Assembly (NCBI RefSeq): GCF_018350175.1
Contig: NC_058383.1
Coordinates: 3,162,001 to 3,226,000 of the forward strand
Origin: Felis catus
Taxonomy: Eukaryota
Length of the DNA stretch: 64,000 nt
Reading direction: 5' to 3'
Position 1 is the stretch's first letter, and each line of letters starts with the position of its first letter. Below the pieces are notes generated by a model. That model saw nothing but the letters and a program-made list of their open reading frames with translations. It ran no database searches and was not told the origin of the DNA. Both the position numbers and the translations under genes were made by a program. Shown one piece after another: positions 1 through 13,440 of this stretch.

Positions 1-370
1 TTCACTTTGTTGACAGTTTTTTTTCATGCGTGGATGTCGAATTCTGTCAAATGCGTTTTCTGCATCTGTTGAGATGGTCATATGATTTTCATCCTTAGTT
101 TTGCTGATGTGGTGTATCACGTTGATTTGCAAATATTGTACCTTCCTTGCATCCCTGGGATAAATTTCACTTGATCCTGGTGAATGATCTTTTTGTATGT
201 GTTTGCTTATATTTTGTTGAGGACTTCTTCATCTGTGTTCAGCAGGGATATTGGCCAGTACATTTCTTTTCTTGTGGTGCTTTTGCCTGGTTTTGGTATC
301 CGGGTAATGCTGGCTTCATAGGATATATTTTGGAAGTTTTCTTCCTTTTCTGTTTTCTGGAATAGTTTGA
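1..370 (-). mobile_element. LINE-1 ORF2 fragment (carnivore-type), runs off window start
   Basis: Antisense L1 ORF2 phrases such as 'tcaaatgcgttttctgcatctgttgagatggtcatatg' and 'ccttgcatccctgggataaatttcacttgatc'. Confidence 0.85.
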
Positions 371-2064
371 GCATCCTTGTGAATTATCTAAATTATGTTT
401 AATGGTTGGAGGAAAAAGTATAACACCGCAAAATGCTTATAGGCAATGTAGGGGAAATGTTTACGACAAACATTATACATGGGGTAGGATAAGGAATTTA
501 AAGTGAGGTAAGGTTTCTGTACTTCACCCAAACTGGTAAAATGTTGACTATAATACACCATGATAAGTTAAGTGGATAAAATGTAAGACATAGAACAACC
601 ACTAAAAAGCTATACAAAACAATACACTCAAAAACACTACATACATCAAAATAAATTTCCAAAAATATTCAAGTAACATTTAAGGGGGCAGAAAAAGAAA
701 TCAGAGAAAATTTTTAAAACACAGAGAAAACAAACAGCGAACAAAAAATAAATGGTAGGCTTAAGCCCTGAAATATCCATGATTACAGTAAGTATAAATG
801 GTTAACATATACCCATGAAAAGACAAAGAATTGGTAGTGTAATAAAAAAAAAAAGTCGTGACCCAGTTATATAGTTTACAATAAACTAACTTCAAAATAA
901 TTATGTAGGTACATTGAAAGTAAAAGGACCTAAAAGATAGGCCGTACACACATAAATCAAAAGAATTCAGGACTGGCTAGATTAATACCTGCTAAAATAG
1001 AGTTTAGAGCAATGAAGATTACTGAAGACAAAGACATAATAAAGGGCCAGTCTACCAGGATGAGAGAGCAGTTCTAAATATGTATAACAATAGAGTAGCA
1101 AAATATGTGAAATAAACCTGATGGAAGTGAAAGAAATCATGGTCCACGCTTCCATTTGGAGACCCAAATATTAGCCCTCTCTCAGTATTAGAGCAACTAG
1201 TCAGGAAGTCAGCAAGGATTTGAATAACTCGGCCACACCATCAACCAGCAGGCTCTAATTGGTATTTATTTATAGTACTCTTCACTCAGCAACAGTTGAG
1301 GATGCATTCTTTTCAGCTCTCGTTAAACACATACCAAAACAGTCATTGTGCCAGGCCAAAAAGAAACCTTAACTAAGCATTTTAAATAACTGAAATCACA
1401 CAGAGTGTGTTCTCTCACCACAGTGGAATCAAATCAGACATTAATAACAGAAAGATAGCAAAAAAATGTCCAAACACTTGGAAACAATATACTTCAAAAT
1501 ATCCATGGGTCAAAGAAAGTACAAAACAAGTACTTTCAATGAAAATTAAAACATAACATAATGTACTTTGTGGGACACACCTAAAGCAGATTGAGGGAAG
1601 TTTATAGTATTAACTTCTTACATCAGAAAGGGAAGACAAATTTCAAATCCACCAAAGCTCTGACATTAAGACACGAGAAAAACGAGAGCAAAGTAAACCC
1701 AATGCAAGCAGAAGGAAGGAAAAGAACAAAGAAGGAAAGCAATGAAGTTGAAAACAGAAAAATAGAACAAATCAATGTAAGAAAAAGCTAATTAAAAAAA
1801 TCCATAAAATAGACCTCTAATGAAACCGACAGATGAGGGCACAGATTACCAATATCTGGACTGAAATGGGATGACTCTACAGGCAGTGCAGACATCAAGA
1901 GGAAAATAAGGGACCACTATGAATCACCCTGCATGCATAAATGTGACAGTTTAGATGAAATGAATCAGTTCCCCAGCAAGCACAAACTACTACAACTCAC
2001 CCAGTAAGAACTAAACACTTTGAAAAGCCCTATAACTAGTAAGGAAATTGATTTCATAATTTTA

Positions 2065-2270
2065 ATTTTTTTTAATATTTATTTTTTGGAGAGAGGGACA
2101 GAGTATGAGTGGGGCAAGGGCAGAGAGACATGGAGACACAGAATCCAAAGCAGGCTCCGGGCTCTGAGCCGTCAGCACAGAGCCCGCCATGGGGCTCAAA
2201 CTTACGGCATGTGAGATCATGATCTGAGCCAAAGTCAGATGCTTAACCGACTGAGCCACCCAGGTGCCCC
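2065..2270 (-). mobile_element. CAN-SINE (SINEC_Fc)
   Basis: Ends 'ctgagccacccaggtgcccc'; TSD ATTTCATAATTTTA at 2051-2064 and 2272-2285. Confidence 0.95.
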
Positions 2271-4717
2271 AATTTCATAATTTTAAACCTTCCTAAAAAG
2301 AAATCTCCAGGCCAAGATAGTTCTACTGGAGATTTGTACCAAACTGTAAAACAAAGTAAAACAAAAACAAACAAGCAAACTGACACCCCCCCCCCCCCGC
2401 CATACGCACACACAGCAGTTCTGCCCAGTCTCTTCCAGAAAATAGCAGAGGGTGAAATGCTCGTCAGTTAATTTTATGAATCAGTAGTATTATTTTGATA
2501 CCCAAACCAGAAAAAAGCATACACAGATACACATATATAAAAGAAAATTACAGACCAATATCCCTCATAAATATGAACATGAAAGCCTTAAGAAATTGTT
2601 AGCAAATAGAATTCAACAATATATCTAAAAGAATTATACATCATGATCACATGGGATTTATGCCGGTTATATAGGGCTGCCTCACTGTTCAGAATCAATC
2701 AATGCAATCAAGCATGCTAGCAGCCTAAAGAAGAAAAATCATGTGATCATATCAATTGATGCAGAAAAATTCTTTGACAAAATTCAAACCCATTCCTAAA
2801 AAATCTCAGTAAACTAGGAATAGAGAGAACTTTCTCAACTTGATAAGTAACATGTACAAAAACTATGGCTCACATCCTATTCAGTGGTGACATACTGAGT
2901 GCTTCCCCCGGGCTTGGTGACAAGGCAAGGATGTCCACTCTCACAGCCCCCCTTCACCATTGTACTGGGATTCTAGCCAGCTCGATAGTGGGAAAAAGAA
3001 AGAAATACAAGGCATACAGATAGGAACGGAAGAACAATAACTTTGCATTTGCTGTTGACATGATGGTCTACCTAGAAACGTTCAAGGAGTCTTCAAAATA
3101 AAACTCTGAATAAGTTTAGTGAGGCTATAAGATACAAGATCAACATACAAAAATCAACCACATTTCTATGTAGTAATGATGAACATATGGAAGTTGAAAT
3201 ATAAACACAATACTTTTTACAATTGCTTTAAAAATGAATAATTTGGTGTACATTTAAGAAAACAAGTTCAGGGCCTGATGCCGAACACAATAAATTACCA
3301 ATGAGAGAAGTCAAAATCTGAATATATGGGGAGACGTGGCATTTTCGTGGAGTAACAGAAATCCGTTTTCCCCCAAATGATGTGTAGGTTTAATACAATT
3401 CCTCTCCAAATCCTAGGAAGATCTTTTTGTAGGTATAGAAAAGATGATTCTCAAATTTATGTGGGAAAGCAAAGGAGCCGAATCAATGTTGAAAAAGAAG
3501 GATAAAGCGGAAGAATTCAGTCCACCCGATTTGCATTCTTACTAGATAGCTGAAGTCAGAAAGGCTCTGTGGTACTGGCATAGGGACAGACATGTAGATC
3601 AATGGGACAGAACAGAGAGCCCAGAAATAGAGCCACACAGGTACAGCCAACCGATTTTTGACAAAGGTACAAAGAGATTCAATGAAGGAAGAAGAATGGT
3701 CTTTTCAGCAAGTGGTGCCAGAGTGATTGAACATCCATAGGCAAGAAAATAAACCTTGACCTAAACGCTATTCCTGCTACAAAAATTAACTCCAAATGTG
3801 TTGGATTAAATGTTAAATGTAAAATGATTAAACTTTCAGAAGAAAATCTCCGGGGTTTAGGATTTGGCAAAGAGTTCTTAGGCAGGCCACCAGAGACACG
3901 GTCCATAAAAGAAAAAAGCAATAAAATGGGATTCTTCATATTTTAAAACTTCAGCTCTGCTGAAGAGCCTGTCAGGGAATGAAAAGACCAGCTATAGACT
4001 GTAATGCAATATTTGCCAGCCACATATTTGACAAAGCACTCATGTTCAGGGCACATGGAGGCCTCTCGAAATTTCAAGAAAACATCGAATTATAAAATGG
4101 GCCAAAGACACAAGGAGACATTTCATGAGAGAGGATATGCAGACAGCAAATAAGCACATGAAGACGTGTCCGACCCTCCTGCCGTCGGAGAACCACAAGT
4201 CACAACCATGGGGAGGCATGTCGAAGTCGCTCCGAGAATGGCTGAAATAAAAAGGAGTGACGATACCAAATGCCCCTGAGGATCTGGAGAAACTGGGTCG
4301 ATCATACATGGCTAGTGGCAAGGTCAAATACTCTGGCCACTGTCGAAAGTAATTTGACAGTTTCTTTAAAACAAACAAACAACTGAACATACACTGACGG
4401 TAAGACTTAGCAGTTCATCCCAGACAAATGAAGACCCGTGTCCACACAGGATGTGCACCTGGTTGTTCACAGAAGCAGTGTGTGTACTGGCCAAAAATTG
4501 GAACTCGCCTGTGCATTCTTCAGTGGCTGACGATTGAACAAAGTGTAGGGCGTCTGTCCCAGAGAATGCTAGTCTGCATCGTAAAGGAATGAACCATTAA
4601 CAGGGTGACCTCTTGGGTGGATCTCAGGGGAGTTATCCTGAATGGGAAGAGGCTTGTCGCAAAGGTCACATGCTGCAAGATTCTGTTTACATAACATTCT
4701 TGAAATGACAATATTAC

Positions 4718-4832
4718 AACAATAGCCAAATTATGGAAAGATCCCAAATGTCCATCAATTGATGGATGGATAAAGAAGACGTGGTTTATATATACAATGG
4801 AATACTATTTGGTGATGAGAAAGAATGAAATC
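4718..4832 (+). mobile_element. Short internal fragment of a younger carnivore L1 embedded in the old L1 3' end
   Basis: 'caatagccaaattatggaaagatcccaaatgtccatcaattgatggatggataaagaagacgtgg' matches the end of carnivore L1 ORF2. Confidence 0.65.
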
Positions 4833-6584
4833 ATAGAATCATCTTAAGTGCAGTAGGATTTTCACCATATTGCACCTAAGAAGTGTCCGTTAGAAGAATC
4901 TGGGTGACAGGCGCACAGGTTTTCTCTGTACTATTTTTCTAACTCCCTGTGCATCTGTAATTATTTCAAAATAAAGTGTTTGGTCTTTAAAAAGCAGTCT
5001 TCTTGGTCTTGGTGAGAATTGTCCCCCATCCCAAGCCTGGTGCCTTGGTCGCTGCCTCGTTGTGTGTAGTTTTGTTGTGCTGGTTGATTTGCATCAACAC
5101 ATGGCTACTTTGTGGGATGAACTCAGCTTCTAAGATCAAAGGAGAATCTGACTCACTAGAGTTGACAAGGGTTAGAAATTCCAGGTTTTCTCCTCTCAAT
5201 GCTTGCCTCCCGGAACCTTGGTGACCAGCTCCACTGCAAGCACCAGGGATCGAAGGTGTGCCGGACCGCCTCAGACTTCCATGTTCTCTGCCTTTTTGTA
5301 GTTTTGTTATCACTGGGTAACTTATTTTTAAATTATTTGATATACTATTTGACTTCAGAGAAAGAGATTTCGTTAAAACTCTAAACATTTCTTACTGAAC
5401 TTTAGAGACTGCTTACAATGCATTTTGTATTCTCAATCCCTTCAGGACAGACAGGCAATTGATGTTTGTCTGTCTTTTCAGTGACAGATTCTGTGATGCT
5501 TACAGCCATTGGTGTGCTCTAATGAATTGTTTTGTTGTTTCCCGTGTTTGCAATCTTGTCTTCCCACCTGGGTTTCTCATAAGACGGGCCATGAGCAGTA
5601 CCCCTGCACGACCAGCTCGATGCTGGATCATCACATACTGGACACGCGGGAACGTGTTTGTTCACTGGTCGTTCAGTTATCTCGTGCCATTTTAACGAGG
5701 CCAGAAAAACATCCATTGCTCAAGTAGAATTTTTTTTATTAAAGCCCACATGCTGGAATTATTTAGGACAGAGCTCTGATTGGAGTTGTTGCTAGCTGTG
5801 ATATGAGAACAGTCTGTCTCAGTCCTTCACAGTAGTTGTTCGGTCCATAGTTTTACATGAACAGCCTTCACTCACCTACTGTCTCCTCTCAAATGTTAAA
5901 CAGAACAATGGCCTCAGGCAGAGAAGTGGGGTGCTTCACGCCCCACGTTAACCGCGGCTGTGCTAGTGCTTGGACGGGAGGGGCTCCCGGCTCACCGAGA
6001 AAGCAACAGAGAGGGTGATGGACCGATAGTCTCAGCAGCCGACCTTCATCCACGTCTTGGGAAATGTCCCAGGAATGTTTGCACTGGCATTTGATTATTT
6101 CTGCCTTCAGATTGCCACATACAGCTATCTAGCATACTGAATGTGTATCATTAATATGTGCCCGGCTGATACCTTTATCACTGTGGCTTCGTGTTGTAAT
6201 AGAGAGGTTTGTCTCTAAAATATAAAGCATATTTGAAAGCTGTTCTTTTACACTCATGTCATTTTCAGACTTTAAAATTAAATTTTACTTCCAGAGAACT
6301 CTCAGCAGGTGCTTTTGTGATCTCATCAACTGTAATTTGATAGCAGTTTTTATTGTTCAGAAGCTAGAATAGCTTTGTGTCCAAAAGTTCGAATTATGAA
6401 TTTAAGGAAGTTGATATGCTGTCTCTTTTATCATAGGAAATGGTATGATTTGACTTATTTGGACAACATAAAAATATTTCTAAATAGTTTTTTAAATTTT
6501 CTTTTTTTTTTCTTTTAAGTTGAAAATGTTCTCCATTAACTTTAGGAGACTGTAGTCTCCCTCACCTTTGCTGAGGACTCATTT

Positions 6585-7065
6585 ATTTTGTCATCAAATA
6601 GTCATTCAGTTCTGGGCTTACACTCCAGGGATGCATCAGAGATCAGACAGATAAGACTTCTGACTTCATATGATTTACATGGGGGCAGACAGGCAGTTAA
6701 CAAATAAACACTTTGCTAGAAATTATGTGAAGGAAAAGGCTTCCTGTAATGAGGGTGGTGGGTTGGCGTGTGGTCAAGGAAAGCTGCTTCTTGTGTCGGT
6801 GACATTCGTGCTGATTCCTGAAGTTTCAGAACGAGCCAGCAAATACCTGGGGTTTGAGCGTTTCAGGCCACGGAAGTACCTGGCAAGTTCAAAGACCCCA
6901 AAGCAGAACAGCCGAGTTTACCACACAAGCAGGAGGAAGTGAGTTGGGAGTGTGATAAGTCAGGGCAAGAGTCCCGGCGGCAGGGATGGCAAAAAGCAGG
7001 GACCGGACCCCTTGGGGCCCTTTGGACCATTTATGTCATTTGGAATTCAATCCTGAGCACAGTGC
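6585..7065 (-). mobile_element. L2 LINE 3' fragment
   Basis: Degraded antisense L2 motifs ('ggtcaaggaaagctgc...ggtgacattcgtgctgattcctgaag', 'tttggaattcaatcctgag'). Confidence 0.6.
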
Positions 7066-7159
7066 TTACTCTGAGCTTCCTCAGGCCCGGTCCTGTGCGC
7101 TTGGCTGCTGTGTGAGGCAGAGGCCTGGGGTGGGACGGGCACGGGTGACCCTCCGGGAG

Positions 7160-7340
7160 ACTTCTCTCGGGCTGCTGTCCACCTGGGCCAGTTACTTAGT
7201 CTCTGGAAAGCTCAGTTTCCTTCTCTGTGGTTGAGACTAATGACAGTATCTACGTAAGAAGGTTGTTGTGAGGGTTCTGTGAGAAAATGTGTGTGAAAGA
7301 CTTCCGTTTGGAATAAAACAGGTGCTCAGTCATGTCCTAA
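7160..7340 (+). mobile_element. MIR SINE
   Basis: Core 'ctgggccagttacttagtctctggaaagctcagtttccttctctgt...ggttgttgtgaggg...aggtgctcagtcatg'. Confidence 0.7.
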
Positions 7341-8021
7341 CAATAATTGCCACCCGCTCCCCCCCCCCCGTTGTTATAAAGATGAGTAAGATTTCGCTGG
7401 CTTCGTGACCTACACGGCAGTGGGCACGAAAGCAGATGTGCAGTAGTTCCCTTGTGGGCACACACACCGCGAGGAGTACACCTGCCCACCAGGGAAAATT
7501 GGTTCAGGGGGAAAGGGTCAGGAAAGGTTACGGAGAGAGTGGAGTCTCCCTGTGGCTGAATATGCAGCGAGTGGCCCTGCGAAGGGCCCGGGGGCCTCCC
7601 AACATCTCCCCTTTGTTCGTACCGCTCGTTCGCTCTTTGTGTTAGAACATTTCCAGAAGCCTCTGAGAAGGTGCAGACCCACACACTTGGGCACCCAGGA
7701 TACGGATTGTTGTGTCAGCCCCAAGCCCATCTGAAGGGGAGAGAGACAACCGAGGGGACACCTGTGCGGCTAGGGGACCCCTGCTGCCACCTGGGCCGTG
7801 GCAGGAGTCCGCCCAGGGACCGGGGGATCTCAGGCAGGGAGAGGCCACAGAGGGTGCAGGGAACCCCCCCGCGAGCCGGGCAGTGGGAGCGCACCCTTGA
7901 CGTAAACACCTGCTTCAAAGCTGCGTCTGTCTGCTCAGCAAAGCCACTGATGGTGGAGACGTTGTCTTCCTCCATTGGGATAAGACAGAGTGACATTTTA
8001 CTTCAAAATCATTTAGGAACC

Positions 8022-8228
8022 GGGCGCCTGGGTGGCTCAGTCAGTTAAGCGGCCGACTTCGGCTCAGGTCATGATCTCGCGTTCTGTGGGTTCGAGCCCT
8101 GCATCGGGCTCTGTGCTGACAGCTCAGAGCCTGGAACCTGTTTCAGATTCTGTGTCTCCCTCTTTCTCTGACCCTCCCCTGTTCATGCTCTCTTTCTCCG
8201 TCTCAAAAATAAATAAATGTTAAAAAAA
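8022..8228 (+). mobile_element. CAN-SINE (SINEC_Fc)
   Basis: Head 'gggcgcctgggtggctcagtcag', (CT)-rich body, A tail; TSD AAAATCATTTAGGAACC(G) on both sides. Confidence 0.95.
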
Positions 8229-9134
8229 AAATCATTTAGGAACCGAGGCCTGAGGCTCCATGTGAAGTACGATTGTGGTTGTTTGTCTCTCTATGCCTCA
8301 AGAAATCTGGTTCTGAAAGAGAGAGAGAGAGAGAGAAAGGAAGGGAGGGAGGGAGGTTGGTTTCCAAACATTGAAAGTGAGAAAGGGTTTGGAGAGGGAA
8401 GGACTATATGATCACACTTGTCTGCTTTCCCTCCAGAATCTCGGCGGCAGTCGTTCTCATGATCTTAGACATCCCCTACTTCTTTCTCCCAACACGGTCT
8501 TTCATCATTGAATTAGGCTTGGTCTAGACTTCGGTATTTGGAACAGAAAGTACAAAAACGAATCTTTTCAAACCCCTGTCAACTCTATTAGAATAAGATC
8601 CAATCACTCATCAGATACCTTTCCACAGCTTTCTGTCGCAATGTTCAATCGTTAAGTCACAGAATTTGAACTGGGGTTCTCATCTGGAGAATGCGCTAGC
8701 CTTGAAAGCAAACCCCACAATTTAATATTTAGCTAATTATTGTGTAGTATCGCTTATAAGGTGACATAGTCACAGCCTGTCCCTTGCTGATGAGTCGAAT
8801 ACCTGGTTACCACTGCCATCAGGAACATAAATGAGAACCGGGAATCAGCAGAACGGGTTTTACACAGCCACGATAGACGTCACAGTAATTCATGGCTTGA
8901 TTTAAAAGGGAGAGCTCCTCAGACCCTAATTCAAAGGCCGTTTCATCTCGGTCCACAAATACATTTGAAATGTCAGATCAGAAACAGTGAGAAGCCGGGA
9001 TACAGACGGCGGCAGAGTGAGCCAGCAGCCCGTGGCAGCAGAGCGGACGGAAGAATGCGAAATGTGGAACCGAGGATCACACAGCGCACGCATTTGAAGC
9101 CACATCATGAAGGTGTGAATAACCCTGCAGATAC

Positions 9135-9570
9135 GGTGCAGCAGAAACAGCTCTGGACTTTAGATCCAAAGGGTTTTAAAAACCCCCGAACTACAGACAG
9201 CTCAGGATCTGCACGTAGGGCTTTGCTTGCTCCCTCTGTGACCAGACAGTTGCTTAAAATCTCTGGGCCTCAGTTTCCTCATAAAACATGGAGGATAATA
9301 ATAAGTTTTATAAAAATTAAATGAAATGATATTTAGGAAAAGGGCTTTGGCTCTATAAAAGCACACTGTGAATGTTAGCTTTTTGAACCCCTTTATCTGC
9401 CTTTTGGTGGGCTCTTTAATTTTTGACTAGTCGTTTACCTTCCCAGAGACTTGGTTTCCTCCCAAATTGAGAATGATGACTGTATTCTCTTTCCACATTT
9501 CATACCAGTAAGACAGTGCCCTTAAAGGGCCGTGCATTCTGCACACATCGTGTAAGTACCTGGGGTCATT
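9135..9570 (+). mobile_element. MIR fragments (two adjacent pieces)
   Basis: 'ctctgggcctcagtttcctcataaaacatggaggataata' and a second core-like piece 'cttggtttcctcccaaattgagaatgatgac'. Confidence 0.6.
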
Positions 9571-10659
9571 ATCACGTTACAGAGCGGCATACAGACTGTG
9601 GAAATGGTCCTGAGACATCAAGAAAAGGTTAAATGTCACCAGTACATTTTATTTAAGAAGGAAGAGCCCTGCTGTGCAGTTAATTCCAGAAAATTTTGTC
9701 TACACAGTGATTCTAAAACATGTTTCCATCCTTGAAGCATTGGGCATTACATATCTGAGAAATTTGCTCTTGTGAGCTACCTTCTTTCCCAGTTGTGCCA
9801 GAATGAGCTGCTTTATGTGTGTCTCAAACGGGGAGAGGTTCTAATTAAGTGCAGATTATAACGAAATTAATAAATGACACCGTTTTTTAGACTTTAAAAT
9901 GGGCTTTGGGAGAATGCAGTGTGGGCTTAGATTGATTATAATTCTAATCTTTTAGGTTGTTAATCAATATTACGTAGCATTAAAACTCAATTAAATAAAA
10001 CATAAATGGAGAATCAAGTAGGGAGAATGCTTATCTCTCAGTTGGTTCAGCCTCTCAGATGATGACTTAAAATCTGTTAAGTGCTAAAACTGTGATTGTC
10101 CTTATTGTTCACTATATTCTTAAATAATTGCACAAGTAATTAGCATCAGTGAATGATAGATATTAAACTACACGACTCACAAATATGCTGGATTGTCATA
10201 AATTGTCCAATATAATCGCAGACTTAAGGTTTTATTTTACTTTTTGCAGATGAACTACAGACTATAAATGAATTAATGTATGCAACATTACCAGAAATTT
10301 TATTAAATTAAAACCTATTTGACCCAGCGTTTTCTGATCTATCTCCAGTGGAAGAGGGTGGACCCGGTGGGTTTTCCTCCTCAGGTGGCACCAGTCAAGA
10401 CTGAGTGAGAAGCTACCTTGCGCCTGATGGCCCAGAGAAGTTCTGCGGTCCACGGGGCCAGGCACCCTTCACCTCACAGCCAGTGACACAGGGCAGCCCA
10501 CGGAAGTGCCTTCTGTCCCCACAGACAGTAGTACTAGGGATAGAGCAGGGGCCTCAGCACACCCTACAGAGTGGAGGAGACCTGAATAGCTCTGAAAAAT
10601 AAATTGTCACTGGAAGTACAGACGCAAAAGTAGGCTAGATCCTATCCACGAAACCTAGC

Positions 10660-13440
10660 ATTGCCTGCTAAAATATTTACATAGGATTAGGAGTCTCAGC
10701 ATGATACCCAGAATGTCTGGGATACAGTCGAAAATCACTCACTGTACCTAGAACCAGGAAAACCCTAACCTGAATGAGAAAACGATCAACGGAAGCTTGT
10801 GTTGTAATGAACCAGACGTTGGCGTTACCAGACAAGGATTTTAAGGCAGCTTCATAAAAGTGCTTCAACGGCAAATTATTAAATCTTTTTAAACAAATGA
10901 AGAATTAGAAGATCTCAGCTGAGAAGAAATTAGAAAAAAAGAATCAAGAGGAAATTAGAGAATTGAAACACTCCATAATCAAAATAAGCTGGGTGGATGA
11001 GCTCAGTAGCAGAGTGGAGATGACGAGGATAGGATATAGAATATAGGGAACAATGAGGACAGATCAACAGAATTTACTCAGTCTGAACAACAAAGGAAAA
11101 ACAGAAAAGAAAAAAAGAGAACAGAGCCTCAGGGATCTGTGATGCTGTAACCCAGCATCTCACGTCCGAATTGCCAGGACACCAGAAGGAAAGGGGAAGG
11201 AGAGTGGGGCTGGAAAGACCTTCAAGGAAATGATGCCCCTAACCTTCCCAGATTGGAAAAAAAAACCCACAAACCTGCAGATTCCCGAAGTTGAGTGAAT
11301 ACCGAAGGAGACAACAGCAAAGAAATCTGTTCACGGATGCATCATACTTAAATTTATAAGTAGTAAAGAAATATTAAAACTCTTCGGGCTGACAAAAGGC
11401 ACTGCCAGCTGCTAATTCTGTATCCCTGCCTGGCAGAAATGCCCTTCAGAGAACGTGTCATGACAACACCTGTGCTTGAGGCACGACTGAGGGAGGCCTT
11501 CCCAACAGAAAGGAAATGAGCAGAGGGGGAGTTTCGGACCGCAGAAAGGAAAGCAGAGCGAAGAGGTAGGTGGGATCAAAGTAAACCAAACAGGCTGTCC
11601 TCCTCCTTACGAGTTCCTTACGTCATATTTGGAAGTTGAAGATGTTATAATGTTGCATACAGTGGTGCTAAGCGCACGGAGAGGGGATGCCTGAGACATT
11701 TCTGTTTGAACCGTGGGGAGAGGAGGGGGCTTCCTCCGCTTCATCTGAAGAGGCGGGGTGCTGACACAAGTTACCTGTGTCTACTGAAACAATTAGAGCA
11801 GCCACTGAGAAAACTACACACAGTGAGATATTAGAAACCACTCTAAATAAAGGTGAAATCCCAGAAATCCTTCAGCTAGCCCACAGTAAGGCAACGGAAG
11901 AGGACAGAAGAACAAGGCACAAAGTGAATAAGCAGTCTAAATACACTGATTAAGAGACTGAGATTGGCGGGGAAGATTTGAAAAACTATGCAACTACAAA
12001 AGCCACTTCAGACATAATGATGTACGTGCAGGTTGAAAGCAGCACGTGGAGAGTTGTATCGCCCAAGCACTAATTTGAGAAAAAGCAGCCCTGGCTGCAT
12101 TCATATCTGATGAAAGAGACTTCAGACCAAAGACAACCACAAAGGGAAGAACCGGCCACTATTTAAGGATGGATGCATGACTCCACCGCAATGACATAGG
12201 CTTCCCCATTCTGTGTCTGACATCACAACTTCGAGCACGGGAAACAGAGACTGACCTGAGACAGAGGCACAGCACAGTTCTGTTTGGGGACTTTACCAGT
12301 TGACAGAAACAGTCAATGGCAAGGATATGGAAGGACCGAACAACACCGCCAACCAGCAGGATCTAATTGACAGGTGTAGGACGACTCTACCCAATACACA
12401 TTCTTTTAAGGGGCCGTGGGACATTCTCCAAAATAGAACATGTCTTGGCTCATAAAACCAAACCTCAGTACAAATTGCAAATGATTAGAATCATACAAAA
12501 TACGTTCTGTGAACGTAGTGGAACCAACTAGAAGTGAATGAGCAGAAAGATAACAGGAGAATCTCTAAGCATGTGGACATTAAACGACATACTTTTAGAT
12601 AATTCATGGATCAAAGGAAGGGTCTTAAAGGAAATAAATGCATAGAACTGAATGAAAATGAAGTAGAAAAGACCAAAATTGTGGGATGCAACTAAAGGTG
12701 TGCTGAGAGGAAAATTTATAGCATTTCAGTGTTTATATTAGAAAAGAGGAAAGGTCTCAAATCAATAATTTAAGTGCCAACCTTAAGAACCTACAAGAAG
12801 GAAAAGAGAGAGAAGACCTAAATCACTAATATTAGGAATGAAATAGGAGATAACACTATAGTTCCTGCAGCTATTAACAATACTATAGGCAACTTCATGC
12901 TCATATTTTTGATTAATTAGACAAGATTCTCAAAAACTACAAAGTATCCAGACTCAACCTATGTAAAATAGATACTCTGAATAGTTCACTGACATTAAAG
13001 AAATTTAATTCGTAATTAACCCCCTCCTCCCTAATCTCCTAGCCCAGATGTTTTCATCAGAGATACTTACCAAACATTTAAAGAAGAAAAATCTCACCCA
13101 GTAAGTAGAAAAATAGGTAAAAAAGAACAAAAGCAGAAACTATGAAAAAATGTGTCCATTGCATATACAGACGCAAAAATCCTTAACACGTTGACGAATT
13201 GAGTCCAACAAAGTATAAAAAAGAATTGTATGTCACAACCAAGTGGATTTTATTCCAGGTATGCAATGCTGGTGCAATATCTGAAAATTGATCTGTGTAA
13301 TCCAGCATATCAACAGGCTAAAAAGGAGAAATCTTATGAGCATATCCGTTGATGCATTTGAAAGAGAAAGCATTTGAAAAAATCCAACATGATTTCATTG
13401 TAAACATTCTCAGCGACCTGGTTAGGGGGAGTAACTTCCA
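10660..13440 (+). mobile_element. Old L1M (L1MC/MD-like) ORF1-ORF2 remnant
   Basis: ORF1-type 'agtctgaacaacaaaggaaaa...cagagcctcagggatctgtg' and ORF2-type 'aaccagcaggatctaattgaca', 'gtgggatgcaactaaagg...gaggaaaatttatagca'. Confidence 0.8.

Larger units (their letters stand above)
375..4985 (+). mobile_element. Old L1M (L1MC/L1MD-like) degraded ORF2 plus 3' end, interrupted by a SINE
   Basis: A-rich L1 ORF2 motifs ('atcatatcaattgatgcagaaaaattctttgacaaaattcaaaccc', 'tttttgacaaaggtacaaag'); L1MC-type 3' terminus ending near AATAAA at ~4969. Confidence 0.85.
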
